Virus record (IMG/VR): IMGVR_UViG_3300045391_004154
DNA: 64,000 nucleotides
Direction: 5' to 3' (one strand)
DNA from: an uncultured virus (IMG/VR IMGVR_UViG_3300045391_004154)
Lineage: Duplodnaviria > Heunggongvirae > Uroviricota > Caudoviricetes
The notes below the pieces were generated by a model, which had not been told where the DNA came from, searched no databases, and saw nothing but the letters and a program-made list of their open reading frames with translations. Each line of letters starts with the position of its first letter. Position 1 is the first letter of the stretch. This document shows positions 47,442-56,819 of this stretch, piece by piece. A program made the translations under genes and the position numbers.

Positions 47442-47564
47442 TTCTCCTCCGTGGCTCTGTTTACCATCTAAAGCGTTGCGAAGCAACACCTTAGATGGTA
47501 AGCCCAACTGGTCGGACGGAGCGGGGAATGCTTAACCGCCAGCTGGGCTCCCACTCACCGCGCC

Positions 47565-47993
47565 CTACGTGGGCGCAGGAACCTTGTTCTTCAAATCCGT
47601 CGCCGCCTTGATCCGGTCCACGATGCTGGTGGTATAGACCATGGTCTTTCCGGTCACGACGTTCCGCATCTTGATCGGATATTTGGTCCGATTGAGCGCT
47701 AGGCCGGCCACTTCCCACACCTGGTGCTGCAGCGTGACCTGCGTCCCGAAGTCAATGCCGCGCAGCCCATACATGGAAGCGTAGACGCTGAACTCGCGCC
47801 GTGCCGCGCTCTCCATCACCGACTTGTCGGCGATCTTCATTTCCAGCTGGAACTTGGCGGTGGCCTCATCAAAGCGGCCGTTGCCGACGCGGAACTCAAT
47901 TCCGTATTTCTCGCCCAGCTCCTTCAGGGCATCCTCAAGTGGAGAGCGGAGGCCCTTCAGGGCATCCTTGGAAAACTTCATGATCTTGGCCAT
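47565..47993 (-). CDS. First early protein (hypothetical)
   Basis: GGAGGAG RBS, ATG at 47993; RTKYPI motif. Confidence 0.65.
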   Translation of the reverse strand: MAKIMKFSKDALKGLRSPLEDALKELGEKYGIEFRVGNGRFDEATAKFQLEMKIADKSVMESAARREFSVYASMYGLRGIDFGTQVTLQHQVWEVAGLALNRTKYPIKMRNVVTGKTMVYTTSIVDRIKAATDLKNKVPAPT

Positions 47994-48216
47994 TAAAGGC
48001 TCCTCCATTGGTTTCTGCGTTGATCCGGTGCGGGGTCCCATAAGCTTGAGCCTGCTGCATCGCCCGTCCGAAGACGTACTAAAGCCTGCTCGTTGATGGG
48101 ACCCCCACCTTCCGCGACCTCCACTCACCACTCCTGAACCCACCCGTCTGCGCGTGTCCGAGGACACTATGCTTGGGCCGGGGTTCGTTGTTGGTACTCG
48201 GCCGATCACTGAAGCT

Positions 48217-48250
48217 GACTAAACCATGGCTCTGAACATCTGTAAACCCC
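48217..48250 (-). promoter_or_regulatory. Leftward early promoter-like element
   Basis: Minus strand GGGGTTTACAGATGTTCAGAGCCATGGTTTAGTC with AT-rich upstream sequence. Confidence 0.65.
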
Positions 48251-48289
48251 TCCTAGCCACTTTTTTCAAATTATTTTGGACCATTGATT

Positions 48290-49753
48290 TTAAAGGGGAA
48301 ACCCGTAGGCGGTCTTCGGGGCGACCAGATATAAGGTCTCCGAGGCCCGGGTGAGCCCGACGTAGAACACCCGGTGCTCGCTGTCCGGGTCCAGCCGATA
48401 GCCCCGCTGGGTCCGATAGGTGAGGTCCGTGGAGAGCAGGACGTTCTCCGCCTCGGCACCCTTCGCCCCGTGAATGGTCTCGATCCTCACGCGCGGCTCG
48501 CCGTCCAGCTTCTCGCCGCGGCGCCGGCAGGCCAGGTAGTATTCCCGATCCTCGAGGGGCAGCCGAATGAGAGCGTCGTGCCAGATGGGCGTGCAGTCCA
48601 TCTTCAACTCCGCGGCCGTATAGGTGCTCGCCTCCTTCAGCTCGCGCGTCACGCCGCAGAAGCGCAGCACCTCGGATACGTCGCTCGCCTCCACGCGCTT
48701 GCCGGCGCGAAGCGCCTCATAGGATTTGATGGCGATGATGTGCGCCGGCTTGACGCTCGGCTCACCCTTGAGCCGATACACAACCCCCTGCTCGCGCGCC
48801 ATCTGCGCCAGCGGGTTGAGCTGGGCGCGCGTCCGGGCGAGCAGGAGCCACTTGCCAGTGCTCAGGTCCACCTCCTCCGGCCGGTTGATCCACTCCACCC
48901 GGCCGGCGCGATCCTGGCTCCGCCACTCCTTGGCGTAGCGACGCTCAACCCGCGAGGCCACCGATTCCGCTAAGTCAAAAATTGACTTAGGCAGTCGGTG
49001 GGACAGGGGGAGAATGCGGCGCTGGAATGGCAGATTGAGGAAATGCTCCTCGGCGGCGCCGGCCCAGCGGTGAATGGATTGCAGGTCGTCGCCGGCATAA
49101 TAGACGTCATCGGCATCGGCGAAGGCCTTGCGCGCCACGTCGTATTGCGCCAGGGTGAAGTCCTGGGCCTCATCGAGAATGGCGAGCTTGACCGGCGCCG
49201 GCGGGACGTGCGCGTGCGCATAGGCCGTGAGCATGTCGGTGAAGTCCATCAGGTTCCAGTCGCGCTTATACGATCGGTAGGTGTCGGAGAAGCGCTTGAG
49301 CCGGAACCAATCCACGTCGCCGCCATGATCCTGCCACGCGTTTTCCAGGCCGCGCTTGGTGGTGCGCGCCAGGTGATCGATTGTGAGGAGCTCGTCGGCG
49401 TTGCGACGCGTGGCCGGCGAGTCCAGCATCGGGTTGAGGTCGTTGATGAGCTCGCCGGTGGCCGCGGAGAGCTCACCGAGGTGCTCCTCGCTCAGCACGT
49501 CGCGCGAGGTTAGGCCCAGCTCGCGGAACGCCAGGCTGTGGAGCGTGCGGAAGTAGGGCAGGTCGCGCTCGCTGAGGTTGAAGCGCTTGGTGGCGCGGTC
49601 CTTGGCCTCCTGGACGGCCGCACGGGTGAAGGAGACAAACGCGATGGAGGACGGCTGCAGCCCTTCTTCCATGGCCTGCTCCATGATCCCGAGCAGCTCG
49701 GTCGTCTTGCCGGCGCCGGGTCCACCCAGGATGAGGGTCTGGTTCTGGGTCAT
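48290..49753 (-). CDS. UvrD-like SF1 helicase (replication module)
   Basis: GGPGAGKTT, SFTR.A, FRTLHS, DEAQD, AGDD.QSI..WAGA, TIHGAKGAE, YVGLTRA. Confidence 0.88.
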   Translation of the reverse strand: MTQNQTLILGGPGAGKTTELLGIMEQAMEEGLQPSSIAFVSFTRAAVQEAKDRATKRFNLSERDLPYFRTLHSLAFRELGLTSRDVLSEEHLGELSAATGELINDLNPMLDSPATRRNADELLTIDHLARTTKRGLENAWQDHGGDVDWFRLKRFSDTYRSYKRDWNLMDFTDMLTAYAHAHVPPAPVKLAILDEAQDFTLAQYDVARKAFADADDVYYAGDDLQSIHRWAGAAEEHFLNLPFQRRILPLSHRLPKSIFDLAESVASRVERRYAKEWRSQDRAGRVEWINRPEEVDLSTGKWLLLARTRAQLNPLAQMAREQGVVYRLKGEPSVKPAHIIAIKSYEALRAGKRVEASDVSEVLRFCGVTRELKEASTYTAAELKMDCTPIWHDALIRLPLEDREYYLACRRRGEKLDGEPRVRIETIHGAKGAEAENVLLSTDLTYRTQRGYRLDPDSEHRVFYVGLTRASETLYLVAPKTAYGFPL

Positions 49754-49916
49754 TTAATCAGCTTCCCCCAGCGCCAGTATACGTAGAAGAAGGCCCAGGC
49801 AGTAAAATATACGCAATCACCAACCTGTTTCCAGTCGTGGGAGGCGAAGCCGTATAAAATGCTTCCAGTGGATACGGCTACCCACATGCTGAATAATTCG
49901 TGCTTCAAAAGATTTT

Positions 49917-50492
49917 TCATAGCAGTTTGTACGCCGCCTCGCACGCGTTCAGCACCTCGTGCCGCAGCGCGGCGCGGGGCCTGGCGGCCATCCACTTGCC
50001 GTGGTCAATCTGCCAGAAGACCCGCGCGGTATAGGTCTCGATCGGCGGCGTGCGGTCGTTGAGGGTAACGGTGCCGCGATCGGCGTCGGTCTCGTGCACC
50101 TCGTTGAGCAGCTGCGAGTATTTCATGCCGGCTTCATAGTTCTCCAGGGCCTTGCAGGCGAGCTGGCAGGTGTGCTCGCCGCTGGCGTCCGCGCCATCGG
50201 GCCCGGTCTGAATGCGCTTGAAGAAGTGGGTGGGATAGGAACTGTCCTCATCGCAGGCGTAGCGGCGATTGCGCAGCTTGCCGGCCACCAGGTAGCTCGT
50301 GAAGCTCCATGGGTGATCGTGAATGAGGGATACTCCCGGCGTGCGCAACCGGTCATCCCAGATGTTCAAGCGCCAACGCTGCTGCTCGTCCAGATAGGTT
50401 CGGATCATTCCGAAGCCCTGCACGGTCCAGCCGTAGTTCATGGGATTGAGCAGGATGGCGCGGAGGAAGGCCTGCGAGATGGCGAGGTTCAT
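49917..50492 (-). CDS. Cupin-fold protein (HDHPW motif)
   Basis: ATG at 50492; RLNIW, IHDHPWSFTS..VAG, EVHET. Confidence 0.6.
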   Translation of the reverse strand: MNLAISQAFLRAILLNPMNYGWTVQGFGMIRTYLDEQQRWRLNIWDDRLRTPGVSLIHDHPWSFTSYLVAGKLRNRRYACDEDSSYPTHFFKRIQTGPDGADASGEHTCQLACKALENYEAGMKYSQLLNEVHETDADRGTVTLNDRTPPIETYTARVFWQIDHGKWMAARPRAALRHEVLNACEAAYKLL

Positions 50493-50947
50493 AGAGAAAC
50501 TCCCTTCTTTTGAAACAACTTGGCCAGGCCGCGCTCGGTGTTGATCTTCACCGTGACGGGCTCGAGATGGAACGGGTTGGAGCAATCGCGAAACCGGCAG
50601 CCGCGCGCCTTTACGTGATCCAGAATATCGGTATCGCCGAGCGGCGGCAGGCTCAGCGACTCCTCCAGCAGCTTGTAGACGACGCGGTGCACCTGGCGGT
50701 GCCGGCCGCCGACACCCATCTTGGCAAAGCCGTTGTTGCTGTTCCAACCGCTTACCCGCCAGCAGCTGCCATCCAGCCGCATGCGCGCAATGATCCGCGC
50801 CGGCAGCTGCGGATCAAAGGCGCACCTTATTCCCGGTATTCTTGACGCCATATCAAAAATGGAAAGGGTAAAGGAGGAAACATTCTTCTGCGGTTCGGCG
50901 CGCAGCGCGGCAAGCTCGGCGGCGGTGATGGGCTTTATCGTTCGCAT
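50489..50947 (-). CDS. HNH endonuclease
   Basis: CW, VHRVVY, LDH....C..RDC.NP.HLEPVT...N..RG. Confidence 0.8.
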   Translation of the reverse strand: MRTIKPITAAELAALRAEPQKNVSSFTLSIFDMASRIPGIRCAFDPQLPARIIARMRLDGSCWRVSGWNSNNGFAKMGVGGRHRQVHRVVYKLLEESLSLPPLGDTDILDHVKARGCRFRDCSNPFHLEPVTVKINTERGLAKLFQKKGVSL

Positions 50948-51158
50948 CAGTCAGCTCTCGTCAGCAGGCAGGCCAGGACGATTATTATCAGCAGCACGGT
51001 CGTCCAGTGCAGGTGCGCCATTGGTCTCTCCACGATCGTGCTCCGCCAGGGCCTCGCGCGCCTCCTTGAGGAGGGCGCCCGAGACCGAAAAGATGTAGCG
51101 CGCGCCCAGCTGGGTCACGTTCACCTCGGTGGACGTGCCCAGCAGGCGGCGCAGGGCC

Positions 51159-51746
51159 TCAGCGGCCCGGCTCATTTATCACCGCCACGGTGGTGGTCAA
51201 TAGTTTGAAGTCGCTCTGCAGCTTGTCCATGGCTTTGGTAATGGGCTCATGAAGCTCCAGCATCTTAACTTGCAGCTGGGTCAGCCGCTCCTGAATCGCC
51301 TCGGCCTCGGTCTTCTGGTAGCGGATGCGGTCGGTGATCTTCTGCAGGGCCACGTTGAGGTCTTTGACATGGAAGATACCCTCGGCATGCTTCCATTCCT
51401 TGTAGCCCTCGTTCTCGCCGACCAGGTAGATGGGCTTGCCGTGCGCCCAGGCGTCACCGATCTCGAAGATGGAGGTGTTGAGCGCGTCCTCCGGCTCGGC
51501 GTAGCTCAGCATCACGTCCGAGCGGATCATGTCGTCGTGATTATCCCGCATCCAGAAGCGCGCGGGCCTGGCCTGCTCGGCCGCGATGTCGCGCACGATC
51601 GTCCAGCGCGCGGTGAAGTAGAGCCGCTCCCAGTGCTGGCGCAGCTCCAGGAGCTTGGCCGCGTGAATGCGCTTGCTCGTGATGTAGACCGAGACGAACT
51701 TTCCCGGCGGATACTCCAGGCGATTGACGGGTTGGCTATTGCTCAT
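51159..51746 (-). CDS. Nucleoside 2-deoxyribosyltransferase-like protein
   Basis: VYITSK, DMIRSDVML, FEIG.A.A.GKPIYLV. Confidence 0.65.
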   Translation of the reverse strand: MSNSQPVNRLEYPPGKFVSVYITSKRIHAAKLLELRQHWERLYFTARWTIVRDIAAEQARPARFWMRDNHDDMIRSDVMLSYAEPEDALNTSIFEIGDAWAHGKPIYLVGENEGYKEWKHAEGIFHVKDLNVALQKITDRIRYQKTEAEAIQERLTQLQVKMLELHEPITKAMDKLQSDFKLLTTTVAVINEPGR

Positions 51747-52146
51747 GGTACAGGCCCTCTCTAACGGATTGTTGCAGCCGGCGCGCCTCGGCCAGGATGC
51801 GCTCTAAATCGTTCACCAGCGCGTCTATGGGTGAAACGGTTGTTCCATGCTTCTCATTGGCGGGCATCAGCACGTAGCCCAGGTTGCGCTTGGTCTCAAT
51901 GGCCTTCTCGCCCAGCGCCGCGCGCAGCTTTAGAATGAGAATGCGCACGGCGTTGAGCGACGCGCATCCGGTTGCCCGCTGCAGGCGCTCCGGCACGGCA
52001 TAGCGCTTCCAGCTGGTTCCGTGAGCAATGCGCAGCTCCATCAGGGTGCGCAGCACAATCGCCTCCTCGCGCGTCAGCCGGACCTTGCGCGGCGATACCA
52101 CCAATGTGCCCTGCAATTCCCAGCCGCTCCAGATCGTCGTGTTCAT
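51736..52146 (-). CDS. OmpR-type winged-helix protein (no receiver domain)
   Basis: LTREE..VL..L, ILKLRA.LG..AIET.R.LGY.L. Confidence 0.7.
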   Translation of the reverse strand: MNTTIWSGWELQGTLVVSPRKVRLTREEAIVLRTLMELRIAHGTSWKRYAVPERLQRATGCASLNAVRILILKLRAALGEKAIETKRNLGYVLMPANEKHGTTVSPIDALVNDLERILAEARRLQQSVREGLYHEQ

Positions 52147-52550
52147 AGTGAGCTCCGGTTCGGCAGCACGCTCGGCGGATCGTAGGGCAGCGCGTAGTAG
52201 CCCTTGCCCCACAGCGTGGCGATGAAGCGATCGGTGCCGTAAACGCCGCGCAGCTTGGCGCGCAGCTTGGAGATGTAGACGTCAATGCTCTTGACGTCGG
52301 GCCAGTCCGGCTCGGCCTTGCCCTGACAGATGGCCGCGTACAGGCCGCCATCCTTCTTCACCAGGCGGCCCTCCGCGCGCAGGAGTGCGCCGGCCACCGC
52401 ACCCTCGTGTCCCGTCAGGATGACGCTGAGCCCGCCGCCAAGCAGCACGCAGAGCTCCTCATCGTAGACCCAGCCGCCCCAATCCAGCAGCCGCGGAATA
52501 TCCAATGACCCACTGCAGTGCGGGCAAAATCGCATTGCTGGTTGCCCCAT
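52143..52550 (-). CDS. CtrA-like winged-helix protein (no receiver domain)
   Basis: LTGHE, PDVKSIDVYISKLRAKL, IATLWGKGY. Confidence 0.75.
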   Translation of the reverse strand: MGQPAMRFCPHCSGSLDIPRLLDWGGWVYDEELCVLLGGGLSVILTGHEGAVAGALLRAEGRLVKKDGGLYAAICQGKAEPDWPDVKSIDVYISKLRAKLRGVYGTDRFIATLWGKGYYALPYDPPSVLPNRSSL

Positions 52551-54136
52551 TACATTGCCTCCGGCTTATTCACGGTGGGCTGCTTGAACTCCTCGGTCTG
52601 CTTCGAGAAGGCCGGCAGCACCCACAGGTTGACAATCTTACCCTTGATGGTTCGCACCTCGCTGATGGCGCGGCGGCGGTGCAGGAATTTCCAGATGGCC
52701 CGCTCATCGATCCCCGACACGCGGTGCTGCTGGAGATACTGGAGGAAGTCGGACGACTGGAAGTAAACCAAGCCGCCACTCTCATCCGTGTATGGCTTGC
52801 CCATTAATACCTCGTCCAGCTCCTTGGCCGTGACCTTGCCGGTGCAGAAGCGGTGCAGGAAGCTCCACCACTGGCCCTCGCGCGTCGCGTCCTCGGGAAC
52901 GTCCACCTCCTCCGCATTGTCCATCAGCTCCTGGACGAGCTCCATCCATTTCGTCGGCTTCATGGGACGCGGCCAGAAGCTCGTCGCCTCGATCACGGCC
53001 GCCGCGAATTTCAGCTGGTTCATGAAGCTGGGAGTATCAATCTCCAGGCGACGATCATTGACCATGATTATCCAGGTCACGGGATCGGTCTTGAGCTTGA
53101 CGATATCGCCGAAGGTGATGTTGGTGGTATCGGAGAGCGGTACCTTTTCCTTCTTGGCCTTGGTGATCCCGAAGGCGCACTTGGCGCAGGCCTTCTTGTC
53201 GCACAGCTCCTTGATCGGCGACTGCTCGCACAGGTAGAAATAGTCGCGCTTGGCAATCGACTTGCCGACCCCCTGCACCTCGCTGGCCGAGAGTGGATTT
53301 TCCAGCAGCGCGTTGAGCTTGGGCAGATGGTCCCAGAACTTTTCCACGCCCCAGCGCGCCTTGGCGTAGCGCGCCAGATTGAACATCATGTTGTTGTCCC
53401 AGTCGCCGAACTTCTTCTCGGCGAAACCGCGGATAATGCAGGGGGGAGCGCCGAACAGCAGGTCATCGGAATTTTCGGTGACGGCGCCGTTGGTGTGCTT
53501 CACGGGCAGTGGATTGACGATGATCGCCGAGAGCTCGGCCGGCGCGATGGCGGTTTTCTCCGCCAGCTTCAGGAAGTCCTCGGGGGTCAGCGCGTCGCCG
53601 GTCTCGGGGTCCAGCGCGTAGCGGTTGGAAAACTCGCCGCCGGCGTACGGCATGTTGATCCAGTTGCCGGTGCCCTCCTCATCGAGGGTATCCTGCTTGG
53701 GGAATATCTCAACGCCGGCATGGCCGAGCACCTCGGCCCAGCGCGTCAGCTTGGCGCGCACCAGCTTGGCCGGCGCCGGCTCGCTCAGGAACAGATAGAG
53801 ATGGGCGCCGCCCGACTTGGTGCGGCAGACAATGAGCGGAAGGTTGAGAGCCTGGACGAGGGCGTTGAGTGCCTTCAGGTCCAGATTATATTCGTCGATG
53901 TCGATCGCGCCGAAGTAGCAGAGGCTCTGCTCGTTGATCGGCACAACGCCGATGGCGTAGGTGCCGGCCAGGTGGGTTTCCCACAGCGCGGCCGTATAGG
54001 GCTTGTGAACGGTCTTGCGCTTGCCGGTGAACTTGCCCTTGTCGTCGATCGTGAGGCCCGTACCCACGGCATAGGTGCCGTGGCTCTTGAGGAGCCCCGC
54101 GAAACGTTCATAAAACTGTGCGGCAAGCGATGTCAT
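52550..54136 (-). CDS. AEP-superfamily primase (PrimPol-like)
   Basis: GAIDIDEY, CRTKSGGAHLYLF, EIFPKQ, GNWINMPY, APPC. Confidence 0.8.
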   Translation of the reverse strand: MTSLAAQFYERFAGLLKSHGTYAVGTGLTIDDKGKFTGKRKTVHKPYTAALWETHLAGTYAIGVVPINEQSLCYFGAIDIDEYNLDLKALNALVQALNLPLIVCRTKSGGAHLYLFLSEPAPAKLVRAKLTRWAEVLGHAGVEIFPKQDTLDEEGTGNWINMPYAGGEFSNRYALDPETGDALTPEDFLKLAEKTAIAPAELSAIIVNPLPVKHTNGAVTENSDDLLFGAPPCIIRGFAEKKFGDWDNNMMFNLARYAKARWGVEKFWDHLPKLNALLENPLSASEVQGVGKSIAKRDYFYLCEQSPIKELCDKKACAKCAFGITKAKKEKVPLSDTTNITFGDIVKLKTDPVTWIIMVNDRRLEIDTPSFMNQLKFAAAVIEATSFWPRPMKPTKWMELVQELMDNAEEVDVPEDATREGQWWSFLHRFCTGKVTAKELDEVLMGKPYTDESGGLVYFQSSDFLQYLQQHRVSGIDERAIWKFLHRRRAISEVRTIKGKIVNLWVLPAFSKQTEEFKQPTVNKPEAM

Positions 54137-54167
54137 ACCCAACCTATGTTATTCTTGTGAAAGCAGA

Positions 54168-54200
54168 CGGGGTGATGATCTCTCGTAACTCATCACCCCG
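54168..54200 (-). terminator. Hairpin/terminator after the SSB-like gene
   Basis: CGGGGTGATGA...TCATCACCCCG 11-bp inverted repeat; weak T tail on the minus strand. Confidence 0.55.
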
Positions 54201-54241
54201 CCCCTCATATCCGCGGCGCCGCAAGCACCACGGTTATTCAC

Positions 54242-55189
54242 TTACATGGGAGGAGTATCGGAACCCTTGACCGCGATGTCGCCCGTGCCGGTCTGGTCGG
54301 TGCTGGTATCGGCCTTGGCCTTGCCCTCCTTGAGCATGACGTGGAAGGCCTTCGCCTCCTGGTACAGATTGTCACTCAGGGGCAGCAGGCTTTTCTGATA
54401 GGCGTCCTCGCTGCCGTCCTCGCGCTTGACGGCCAGCGTGAGGGTCAGGCCATAGAAGTCGCCCTGCTTGTTGCTCTCGAACACCGTCTTGAGGGTCCAG
54501 CGATGGGCCCACATCGGCGGCGTCACGTCCGGCAGCTTGTTGTTTTCCGTGGACCGGGGATTGGGATACTTGAAGCTGGTCACACGGCCCATGAAGCCCT
54601 GGTACTTCTTGATCTGCGTGGACTTGAAGCTCACCACGGCCCGGAACCACTGGCCGCTGCTCGGGTCCTTGAAGATACCGAACAGCGAGAAGACCTCGGT
54701 GATTTCCGTGCCGTCCAGCGCTTCGCCCTTGTCGTTGCGCTTCGTAACGCCGCGAGGCAGGCGACCGAACTTGCCGTGCTGCTGCTGGAGCTGGAGCACG
54801 ATGGGATCGGTGGGCTCGTAGACGGCAACCAGGCCGCCGCCGAGAGCGCGAGGAGTGAACTCCAGGAACTTGTGATCGCGATAGACCGGGATGAACTCCA
54901 TCGGGGCCTCATCGATCTTGTAGAGCTCACCAGTAGCACCATTGAGCAGCATGCCGGCAACGGCGCCGGGCATTCCACCATTGGCCACGGGCTTGACCTG
55001 CGGCGAGAGCGGCTGCAGCAGGTTCAGGAAGGGAATCTTGAGCTCGGCGCTGGAGACGTCCTCCAGGCCCGCGCCGGCGTCGTCGCCAAAGTCGTAGGTC
55101 TGGACGGCGGTGCCGGTGCCGGCCGCGGCCGGAAGGTTCTTGTCTTCGGTCTTGGGCTCTTCAACTTTGGATGCTTGTGCTTTCGACAT
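54242..55189 (-). CDS. Single-stranded DNA-binding / annealing protein (putative)
   Basis: GLED...LKIPFL.LLQ.LSPQV, KSTQIK; acidic tail; position in the replication module. Confidence 0.6.
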   Translation of the reverse strand: MSKAQASKVEEPKTEDKNLPAAAGTGTAVQTYDFGDDAGAGLEDVSSAELKIPFLNLLQPLSPQVKPVANGGMPGAVAGMLLNGATGELYKIDEAPMEFIPVYRDHKFLEFTPRALGGGLVAVYEPTDPIVLQLQQQHGKFGRLPRGVTKRNDKGEALDGTEITEVFSLFGIFKDPSSGQWFRAVVSFKSTQIKKYQGFMGRVTSFKYPNPRSTENNKLPDVTPPMWAHRWTLKTVFESNKQGDFYGLTLTLAVKREDGSEDAYQKSLLPLSDNLYQEAKAFHVMLKEGKAKADTSTDQTGTGDIAVKGSDTPPM

Positions 55190-55549
55190 GTCTAACTTAC
55201 CTCTTCAATATGCCCGAACTTTCTAGCGGCAACGGGCTAACCGCGGCTTCTGTTCGTACGCATCAATTAGATGTGTACGAACAAAATCAATTGGGTGGCG
55301 CGTGCTGGCTGGCGACGTAGAGCATATAACCCACGATCATGAGCACGGTAACGGTGACGCAGATAAAGTCAGTCTTTGTCACTGGCGTATCTCCAATGGG
55401 TTATGTCGTTGTCGGGGTCGCGGTGATCGTGGTACCAGGAGAGGCTGGCCGCGCGAATGCGCAGCCGCTCGCTTCCATCGCGATGCCGCACGGCCACGAA
55501 GGCCTGCGCGTTGCAGGGGCGCCCGTCTCCCTCGTGGGGCTTGTATCCA

Positions 55550-56440
55550 TTAGCCATCGAACGCCGCCACTCCCTTCTTGCGCTCCTTCTTGCTGAACAC
55601 GGCGAAGCGCAGCTTGAACTGGTCCACCTGCTTGGGCAGGGCCTCATCGGGGTTGCGGCCGGCCTTGATGAGCTTCTCGCGCTCCTCGCGGCAGTAGCTC
55701 TGCAGGGTCTGGTAGTGGATTTCCTCCTTTACCTCCGGCTCAAGATCAACCTTGCGCTTGGCCAGGTCGGCGAGGAATTTCTTGGCGGCCTTCACCTGGT
55801 CGCGGCCGAACTTGATCACGATGGTGCGCTTGACGATCGCGTCGTCCTTCTTCTTTTCCAGCCAGCCAATGAAGCCGGGAAGGTTTTCCTTCTTGACGGA
55901 GAACTTGACGTCCTCCACCAGGTCCGTTTCCCACTCGCCGTCGTTGCGATCCTTGTAGACCCAGCCGCTGACGCGCGCGTCGGTCATGACGTTGGGCAGC
56001 GTGATTTCCGTTAGCTCCTTCAGCTCCTTCTGGAGCTTGGCGAGCTCGGCCTCGGCCTCGGGAATGAGTATCTCCTGCAGCTTCAGCCCCCTGCTCACCA
56101 GCGCGGCGAGGTTCTTGACCTGCGCTTCACTCGGGCCGGTCTCCTCATCGGCCTCCACCTCGAGCGGCATCGGGTTCTTGAAGCTCGCCAGCACCTGGTC
56201 AGCGGTGATGATTTGCACCTCCTCACCCTGCTGGACGTATCGCGCGCCGCGGTTGCTGACGTTGTGATCGGCGCACAGCCCGCACATCGGCAGGCAAACC
56301 TTATCGGTGCCCATCACCACGAAGGTTGCGGGCTGCCGGCATGGCGTGTAGGTGGCTGCGCCCATGACGCACTCGGCGCAATCCACGCCGGGGCCGGGAT
56401 GCATGTGCTTGACGGATTTCTTTTCAGGCTTCTTGGGCAT
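55550..56440 (-). CDS. Conserved replication-module hypothetical protein
   Basis: AAGGAG RBS, ATG at 56440; LP..M, IHYQTL..Y.RE. Confidence 0.6.
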   Translation of the reverse strand: MPKKPEKKSVKHMHPGPGVDCAECVMGAATYTPCRQPATFVVMGTDKVCLPMCGLCADHNVSNRGARYVQQGEEVQIITADQVLASFKNPMPLEVEADEETGPSEAQVKNLAALVSRGLKLQEILIPEAEAELAKLQKELKELTEITLPNVMTDARVSGWVYKDRNDGEWETDLVEDVKFSVKKENLPGFIGWLEKKKDDAIVKRTIVIKFGRDQVKAAKKFLADLAKRKVDLEPEVKEEIHYQTLQSYCREEREKLIKAGRNPDEALPKQVDQFKLRFAVFSKKERKKGVAAFDG

Positions 56441-56819
56441 GGGATTCTCCTTGGGGCTCTGGGTTGGGAAGCAGGGGGATTTGGCAGGCGACGTAGCCGA
56501 GCTCGCGACCACGCCACACCAGGATATTGATGCAGTATTTTTGCGTGGTGCCGCAATAGGCGCCGATGATGGAAGCGGCCGCGGTGATGAGCGCGGGATG
56601 GCCGACGGGAAGCAGGAAGTCCTCGGCCGGATTGAAGTCCAGCAGCTTCTTGGCCATCTCCGGCCACCAGCCGAACGGGTCCAATGGCGGCTCGCCGGCG
56701 GGCGCGAGATAGACGAGCTCGCCGAACACCTCGGCCGGCCGCAGGTCAATGGCGCGACCATAGGCGCTCGAGCCGGGAATGCGCTTGAGAGGTTCGTTGA
56801 CGACAAAGACCTTGGGCAT
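56424..56819 (-). CDS. Hypothetical protein
   Basis: VFVVNEP, A..FGEL..L, DFLL.VG.P, W. Confidence 0.6.
   Translation of the reverse strand: MPKVFVVNEPLKRIPGSSAYGRAIDLRPAEVFGELVYLAPAGEPPLDPFGWWPEMAKKLLDFNPAEDFLLPVGHPALITAAASIIGAYCGTTQKYCINILVWRGRELGYVACQIPLLPNPEPQGESHAQEA

Noticed and set aside
47994..48209. N-terminal extension of ORF 47565-48209, and similar extensions of 55550-56806, 39925-41019 and 25490-26206
   Set aside because: Strong RBSs or coupled starts support the downstream starts; the extensions overlap other genes or structured leaders.
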